From a virus (lineage: Duplodnaviria; Caudoviricetes): a stretch of 30,158 nt of DNA. Below, in pieces: positions 24,990-30,158 of the stretch. Position 1 is the first letter of the stretch. Every line of letters begins with the position of its first letter. The position numbers and the translations under genes were made by a program. The stretch covers positions 1 through 30,158 of IMG/VR virus record IMGVR_UViG_3300032087_000975; one strand, written 5' to 3'. Below the pieces are notes generated by a model that was not told the origin of the DNA, made no database searches, and saw only the letters and a program-made list of their open reading frames with translations.

Positions 24990-25395
24990 TTTAGATGCGC
25001 TGAATAACTACATTCATCAAGTAAAATCTAACGGTTTTCAGTGGCACACAAATGATTGCGTAATGTTTACTAATAACGCATTTAAAGCGATGTATGGCGT
25101 AGGTTGGGCAGATGATTGGATTGGCGCATATACAAAAAATGGCTTATATATGAAGGCAAACGAACTGCGCAAAGCATTTGCAGCTAACACATTGACTGAA
25201 GCCATAGATAAAAAGTTAAAACGCATAGATTATGTACCACCTAGAGGCGCATTAATAACAACAAAAGCAGCGCAGAACTGGGTTATTGATGAAGCATTAG
25301 GTATTGCAGTAGGTTCTAAGGGTGTATTTCTGGGCAAAAAAAGTGTAATTTCTGTTCCAATAGAAGATATTAATAACGCGTGGGTTAAAGAATGA
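24970..25395 (+). CDS. NlpC/P60-like tail tip assembly protein
   Basis: F.W..NDC..F...A..AM.G and P.RG pattern. Occupies the lambda gpK-like position. Confidence 0.65.
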   Translation: MMTVTPNLDALNNYIHQVKSNGFQWHTNDCVMFTNNAFKAMYGVGWADDWIGAYTKNGLYMKANELRKAFAANTLTEAIDKKLKRIDYVPPRGALITTKAAQNWVIDEALGIAVGSKGVFLGKKSVISVPIEDINNAWVKE

Positions 25396-28300
25396 AATAC
25401 AAGTTAGGTGATTTAACGGTAGCTAGTTATAATAGCTGGGATAAAGTACCTAGAGATGCGTTTCTATTATTTGGCGGCAATATTATGGGAGGCGCAACAG
25501 CAGGCCAGATATTAGCAGCTAAGATTATAACAGGCATAGCAGTTTATTCCGTTACAAGTTATGTTTTACGTGCATTAGCGCCCAAAATGAGTTTTGCAGG
25601 TCAGCAAGGCTTGCTGGTCAATGCCCGTGAAGCAACAGCGCCACAACAAATAGTGTACGGGGAAGTACGAAAAGGCGGTTATGTAACGTTTATGGAAAGT
25701 ACAGGTGCAACTAACCAGTATGTACACCAAATAATTGTTTTAGCAGGCCATGAAGTTAACGCAATTAACGATATTTATATTAACGATGAAATAGTAACGT
25801 GGAATAGTTCGACGGGTTATGTAACATCAAGCAAGTGGCAAGATGCAGATGGCAACTCAAAAATACGAATAAGAAAACACTTAGGCGCAGATAATCAGAC
25901 TGCTGATAGTGATCTAGTCAGCGAAACATCTGTCACATCTGATTTTAAAGGCGAAGGCATAGCATATTTATATGTTCGTTTAGAATATGACCAAAATGTG
26001 TTTGCAGAAGGTTTACCGCTAATCACTGCAATGGTTCAGGGTAAAAAGGTATATGACCCTAGAAACTCTACAACTGCATATTCTGCGAACGCTGCACTTT
26101 GTATTAGAGATTATATAGTATCTACTTATGGTTTAGATAACGTTAATGCTACAGATGATAGTACAAACACAACATCTTTTCAGATTTCAGCTAATACTTG
26201 TGATGAAAATGTAGATTTAGCCACTACAGATGCTGGATCATTTACAACAGGTGAAACCTATACAATTAAAACCGTAGGTACTACTGATTTTACAGCTATT
26301 GGCGCATCTGGCAACACAGCAGGCGTTACTTTTACAGCTACGGGCGCAGGTAGTGGGTCAGGCACTGCTGTTTTAGGTAGTTCACTAACAGAAAAACGCT
26401 ACGAAATTAACGGTGTCATAGGGTTGGATCAAACACCGTCTGACATATTAACCGATATGATGACCAGTTGTGCTGGAACATTATTTTGGGGTCAGGGTAA
26501 ATGGCATTTAAAAGTCGGTGAATATAACGCATCTGTCAAAACGTTTACATTAGATGATTTGCGTAGCCCAATTGCGCTAGATACTAAGCACAGTAGGCGT
26601 GATAATTTTAATATTGTGCGTGGTACTTTTACTGATGCAAGGCAGAAATATATACGCGCTGATTACCCTGAAATAAGGTCAAGTACATTTATAACTAATG
26701 ATAATGGTATAGAAAACCCGTTAGATTTTAGTTTGCCATTTACTACATCTTCACCTATGGCGCAGCGTTTAGCAAAGATGACGCTGTTTAGAGCGCGTGA
26801 ACAGATGACATTAACCGCAGATTTTGGCTTAGAGGCTTTTCAGGTCGAATGTGGTGATGTCGTAGCGTTTACAAATTCAAGATATGGCTTTAACGCCAAA
26901 GAATTTGAAGTTGTTGGCTGGAAATTTATGAATGACCCCAATGTAGGTGATTTACGCGTTACACTTACATTACGTGAAACTTCTTCTAGTGCATTTAGTT
27001 GGACTGCTGAAGAAAACGAAATAACAGGCAATAATAGCACGTTAACCGATGTTTTATCTAATATAGCACCATCTTCTGTTACAGTTACTGATTTAGGTGA
27101 CGTACAAACCGATGGTTCGTTTGTTAGCCAAGTAAAAGTTTCTTGGTCTGCTGCAACAAACAAATTTATAACTAATTACGAAATACGTTATAAAGTAGTC
27201 GGAAATAGCGATTATTTACACGCGCAAACTGATGCAGATGAAACAACAATCGTATTAAGTGGTTTGCAAGCTGGTAGCCAGTACAATGTAGAAGTTCGCG
27301 GCGTAACGGTAAACGGTAGATATTCTGCATGGGTAGCAGCTACTGCGCACACAGTTGGCGGTGATACTACCGCGCCTTCCCCAGTAACTGGATTGGGTGC
27401 AACTGGTGGCATACAAAGCGTAACATTAGATTGGACTGCACCAACTACCGAAGTAGGTGGTGACACACTGCATGATTTAGCAGGGTATTATATTTATAGA
27501 AACACAAGCAACAGCCAGCCAACAAATGCAATAGCTTTTGTAAACGCTGATAAGTATGTAGACGGTGGTTTAAGTGAAAGCACTAGTTATTATTATTGGG
27601 TGGAAGCAGTTGATTTTACAGGCAATACATCTACAGCCGTTGCATCTGGTGCTGTAACCACACAAGCAACGCCGCAAGATGGGCAAGATGGGCAAGATGG
27701 TGCTAACGGTGCTAACGGTGCTAACGGTGCTAATGGCTCACGCCATGCAGTTGTAACATATTATCAAGAAGCGTCATCAGCACCAAGTATTTCAGGGCTG
27801 GCTAGTGGCTCAACATACACTTGGTCTACAGGCGTAGCTACGGCAACTGTTGGTAGTTGGTCAACAACAGCGCCCACAGTTGATGCTGCTGGTTCGAATA
27901 ATTATTACTATAGTGATGTTACCTATATAGATAGCACTGGTTCAGCTAGTACGAGTAGCGGTTCAAGCGCCACAAACGCTGTACAATTGTTCAATTTTAA
28001 TGGTCTTGTTACATTTACCAATACTAGTGGCACAACAACTTTAAACAATGCTTTGGCAGATAGCAGCACTATTATTGATGGTGGGCGTATTACAACAGGC
28101 ACTGTAGAAGCTGATAGTATTAAAATTGATAATGTCACTTTAGACACAAATGCAAGCAACCAGCTTATTATTAAGGGTGGTGGCGTTGACACTTCACAAA
28201 TTGCGGCAAGTGCTGTTTCTACGTCAAGTAGATTTTTTAATGCAGCAAGTAGTTCTTACGCAAGTAGCAGTGGAACTTGGGGGGCAACAATATTTACAAC

Positions 28301-28613
28301 TACATTGACTGCAACAATAGGTGATAAGTTTTATATAGCTACTGAAACGCCTAATTTTAATTTATCAAGCTGGACGGCAAACACATACTATTTACAAATG
28401 TATACGTTTTTAAATAATGCGTCTTTTTCTGCCATGACATTAATTTACCCTAATATGACAAATTATCATGGCGGTATACACTATGGCGGCGTCTTTACTG
28501 CTACTGCTACGGGAAACCTAACATTAGACGTTAGATTTAAAACAAGCAACACTACAGCAAATTCTGCGCAAGCCAATGGGGTTCGCATTAACGTGCTAAA
28601 ATTAGAGCGATAA
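25392..28613 (+). CDS. Tail tip / central fibre protein (gpJ-like) with FN3 domains
   Basis: IVYG.VR.GG, G.KVYDPR, NAALCIRDY, AQRLAK motifs. Two FN3-like units, collagen-like triplets, IDGGRITTGT. Confidence 0.9.
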   Translation: MKYKLGDLTVASYNSWDKVPRDAFLLFGGNIMGGATAGQILAAKIITGIAVYSVTSYVLRALAPKMSFAGQQGLLVNAREATAPQQIVYGEVRKGGYVTFMESTGATNQYVHQIIVLAGHEVNAINDIYINDEIVTWNSSTGYVTSSKWQDADGNSKIRIRKHLGADNQTADSDLVSETSVTSDFKGEGIAYLYVRLEYDQNVFAEGLPLITAMVQGKKVYDPRNSTTAYSANAALCIRDYIVSTYGLDNVNATDDSTNTTSFQISANTCDENVDLATTDAGSFTTGETYTIKTVGTTDFTAIGASGNTAGVTFTATGAGSGSGTAVLGSSLTEKRYEINGVIGLDQTPSDILTDMMTSCAGTLFWGQGKWHLKVGEYNASVKTFTLDDLRSPIALDTKHSRRDNFNIVRGTFTDARQKYIRADYPEIRSSTFITNDNGIENPLDFSLPFTTSSPMAQRLAKMTLFRAREQMTLTADFGLEAFQVECGDVVAFTNSRYGFNAKEFEVVGWKFMNDPNVGDLRVTLTLRETSSSAFSWTAEENEITGNNSTLTDVLSNIAPSSVTVTDLGDVQTDGSFVSQVKVSWSAATNKFITNYEIRYKVVGNSDYLHAQTDADETTIVLSGLQAGSQYNVEVRGVTVNGRYSAWVAATAHTVGGDTTAPSPVTGLGATGGIQSVTLDWTAPTTEVGGDTLHDLAGYYIYRNTSNSQPTNAIAFVNADKYVDGGLSESTSYYYWVEAVDFTGNTSTAVASGAVTTQATPQDGQDGQDGANGANGANGANGSRHAVVTYYQEASSAPSISGLASGSTYTWSTGVATATVGSWSTTAPTVDAAGSNNYYYSDVTYIDSTGSASTSSGSSATNAVQLFNFNGLVTFTNTSGTTTLNNALADSSTIIDGGRITTGTVEADSIKIDNVTLDTNASNQLIIKGGGVDTSQIAASAVSTSSRFFNAASSSYASSSGTWGATIFTTTLTATIGDKFYIATETPNFNLSSWTANTYYLQMYTFLNNASFSAMTLIYPNMTNYHGGIHYGGVFTATATGNLTLDVRFKTSNTTANSAQANGVRINVLKLER
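27675..27737 (+). repeat. 9-bp tandem repeats encoding collagen-like (QDG)3(ANG)4
   Basis: caagatggg x2, caagatggt, gctaacggt x3, gctaatggc. Confidence 0.9.
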
Positions 28614-28614
28614 G

Positions 28615-29004
28615 ATGAAAAATTATGTAATATACAATTCTAGTGGGGAAATTTTAAGATGTGGTTCTGTTTCTGACCCGTCATTTTCTGACATACAAGA
28701 TGCTGGTAATGAATTTGAATTGTTATCAAATTGGCCTTACGATGTAGAAAATTATCACGTTGTAGATGGTCAATTAGTACAAAAAGCGCAAACAATACTA
28801 GATGAGCAAACAGACGCAGAAAATTACAGTTTGTTTATACAACAACGCAACGCTTTGTTAGTTGCTTCCGATTATACACAGCTACCAGATAGCCCATTAA
28901 CAGATACAAAAAAACAAGAGTGGGCAAGTTACAGACAACAGCTAAGAGATTTACCGACTACAGTAGACCTGACAAACATAACTTGGCCTAGTAAACCTAC
29001 ATAA
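28615..29004 (+). CDS. Tail fibre assembly chaperone
   Basis: RNALL..SDYTQLPD.P......W..YRQ.LRDLP......WP.KP signature. Confidence 0.85.
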   Translation: MKNYVIYNSSGEILRCGSVSDPSFSDIQDAGNEFELLSNWPYDVENYHVVDGQLVQKAQTILDEQTDAENYSLFIQQRNALLVASDYTQLPDSPLTDTKKQEWASYRQQLRDLPTTVDLTNITWPSKPT

Positions 29005-29051
29005 AATACGTTACTATGTCTTTGCATGTGCATAACTACGGAGTTCCTTAA

Positions 29052-29489
29052 ATGGCAAGTTTTAATAAAGTAAATGATTTTGTAGTCAACGCGGTTCACA
29101 ATATGGATTTAGAAAGCGATCAAATAGTAATTGCTTTGTCTAACACCGCGCCAGCTTCAGAAAGTTCAAACCCTTCAGCAGATGGCAATGGTATTTTAGG
29201 AAATGTAACAGAAATTTCTTATACTAACTGTTCATCTAGAAACGTAACAACTACCTCAAGTACGCAAAGTTCTGGTACTTATAAGCTAGTTCTAACAGAT
29301 TTAACGCTCACTGCTTCTGGTGGTTCTGTCGGGCCATTTCGTTACATTTACATCTATAATGACACTGTAACCAGCCCTGCTGACCCACTTATCGGTTATT
29401 ATGATTATTCTTCTTCATTAACTCTAAATGACGGTGACAGTTTTACTGTAGATTTTAACGCAACGAATGGTGTTCTTCAACTCGCATAA
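29052..29489 (+). CDS. Ser/Thr-rich tail-associated structural protein
   Basis: D.....ASGGS.GPFRY..IYNDT....DPLIGYYDY....L..G..F..DF pattern. GGAG RBS. Confidence 0.7.
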   Translation: MASFNKVNDFVVNAVHNMDLESDQIVIALSNTAPASESSNPSADGNGILGNVTEISYTNCSSRNVTTTSSTQSSGTYKLVLTDLTLTASGGSVGPFRYIYIYNDTVTSPADPLIGYYDYSSSLTLNDGDSFTVDFNATNGVLQLA

Positions 29490-29498
29490 GGCGGTACA

Positions 29499-30158
29499 AT
29501 GGTCACATTAGCGAACCGCGTTAAGGTATCTACCAGCACAACTGGCACTGGCACAATAACCCTAGGAAGTGCTGAAACTGGCTACTCTACGTTTGCTGGT
29601 GGCGGTATTTCTGATGGGGATACAGTTAGGTACACAATAGAAGATGGTACTAGTTCGTGGGAAATTGGCACTGGTACATATACCCATAGCGGCACAACCT
29701 TAACTAGAACCCTTACAGAAAGTTCTACAGGCTCATTATTAAATTTAAGTGGTAGTGCAAAGGTTTTTGTAACTGCTGCTGCTGAAGATATTGTGCCTTC
29801 TACTGGCGGCGCATTTACTGGTAATGTTACTTTTGGTGATAGCGACAAAGCCATCTTTGGCGCAGGGTCGGATCTTAGCATATTTCACGATGGGTCTAAT
29901 AGCAAAATTTCTGATAGTGGAACTGGCAATCTTCATATTTTAGCTGACAATGAAGTTTATATTGCTAATGCAGGTAACTCAGAATACAAAGCTAGATTTA
30001 TTACAGATGGGGCTGTTGAGCTATATTATGACGCAGCTAAGAAATGTGAAACTAGCAGTAGCGGAATTTCAGTAACTGGCAACATTGTTGTTTCTGGTAC
30101 TGTTGATGGTCGTGACATTGCAACGGATGGCACGAAGCTAGATGGCATTGAAAGCGGT
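29499..30158 (+). CDS. Tail fibre protein, 3'-truncated
   Basis: My translation: [23 protein letters not shown]...WEIGTGTY...[13 protein letters not shown]...[21 protein letters not shown]. Open to the window end and absent from the track. Confidence 0.85.
   Translation, partial: MVTLANRVKVSTSTTGTGTITLGSAETGYSTFAGGGISDGDTVRYTIEDGTSSWEIGTGTYTHSGTTLTRTLTESSTGSLLNLSGSAKVFVTAAAEDIVPSTGGAFTGNVTFGDSDKAIFGAGSDLSIFHDGSNSKISDSGTGNLHILADNEVYIANAGNSEYKARFITDGAVELYYDAAKKCETSSSGISVTGNIVVSGTVDGRDIATDGTKLDGIESG

Larger units (their letters stand above)
1..30158. mobile_element. Tailed dsDNA bacteriophage (siphovirus-like), large part of genome
   Basis: Terminase, portal, capsid, neck, tail tube, tape measure, tail tip, lysis and replication genes in canonical order. 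No host housekeeping genes and no sheath gene. Confidence 0.97.

Noticed and set aside
11384-29936. Many 60-120 aa minus-strand ORFs within structural genes
   Set aside because: Antisense shadows of long conserved genes, with no independent signals.
25392-30158. Diversity-generating retroelement or invertible tail-fibre cassette
   Set aside because: No reverse transcriptase, invertase or template/variable repeat pair is visible in the window.
1-30158. Genome-wide stop-codon reassignment
   Set aside because: Core genes are full length and tightly packed under the standard bacterial code.
1-30158. tRNA genes, integrase/att site, DNA methyltransferase, restriction-site avoidance
   Set aside because: None was recognised by eye, and k-mer depletion cannot be counted reliably without computation.

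Overview
The whole window reads as a tailed dsDNA phage with siphovirus-type, lambdoid organisation. It is AT-rich and appears circularly permuted within the tail-fibre region, so it probably holds most of the genome. Gene order: end of tail-accessory genes; membrane-protein-rich lysis cassette with a GH19 endolysin (987-3404); leftward early/accessory operon of small unknown genes ending in a GNAT acetyltransferase (3401-6636); RusA; leftward recombination block (Zn/HNH-like nuclease, NinB/DUF1367-like, SSB, candidate SSAP); a Cro-like HTH; a replication initiator with internal iterons; TerS, TerL, portal, MuF, scaffold and P22-type coat; a cluster of very basic micro-proteins; neck; non-contractile tail with a -1 frameshift chaperone; tape measure; tail tip and fibres. 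I see no integrase, CI-type repressor, polymerase, tRNA or CRISPR array. The best leads are a MuF-HExxH metallopeptidase with a coupled 56-aa immunity-like ORF, a candidate anti-Shine-Dalgarno sRNA at 10621-10700 complementary to two early-gene RBSs, an RBS-occluding pseudoknot/switch before the tail chaperone, protamine-like micro-proteins after the capsid gene, and a separately promoted GNAT. All family calls come from motif recognition and gene context, with no database searches. A marine alphaproteobacterial host is only a guess.
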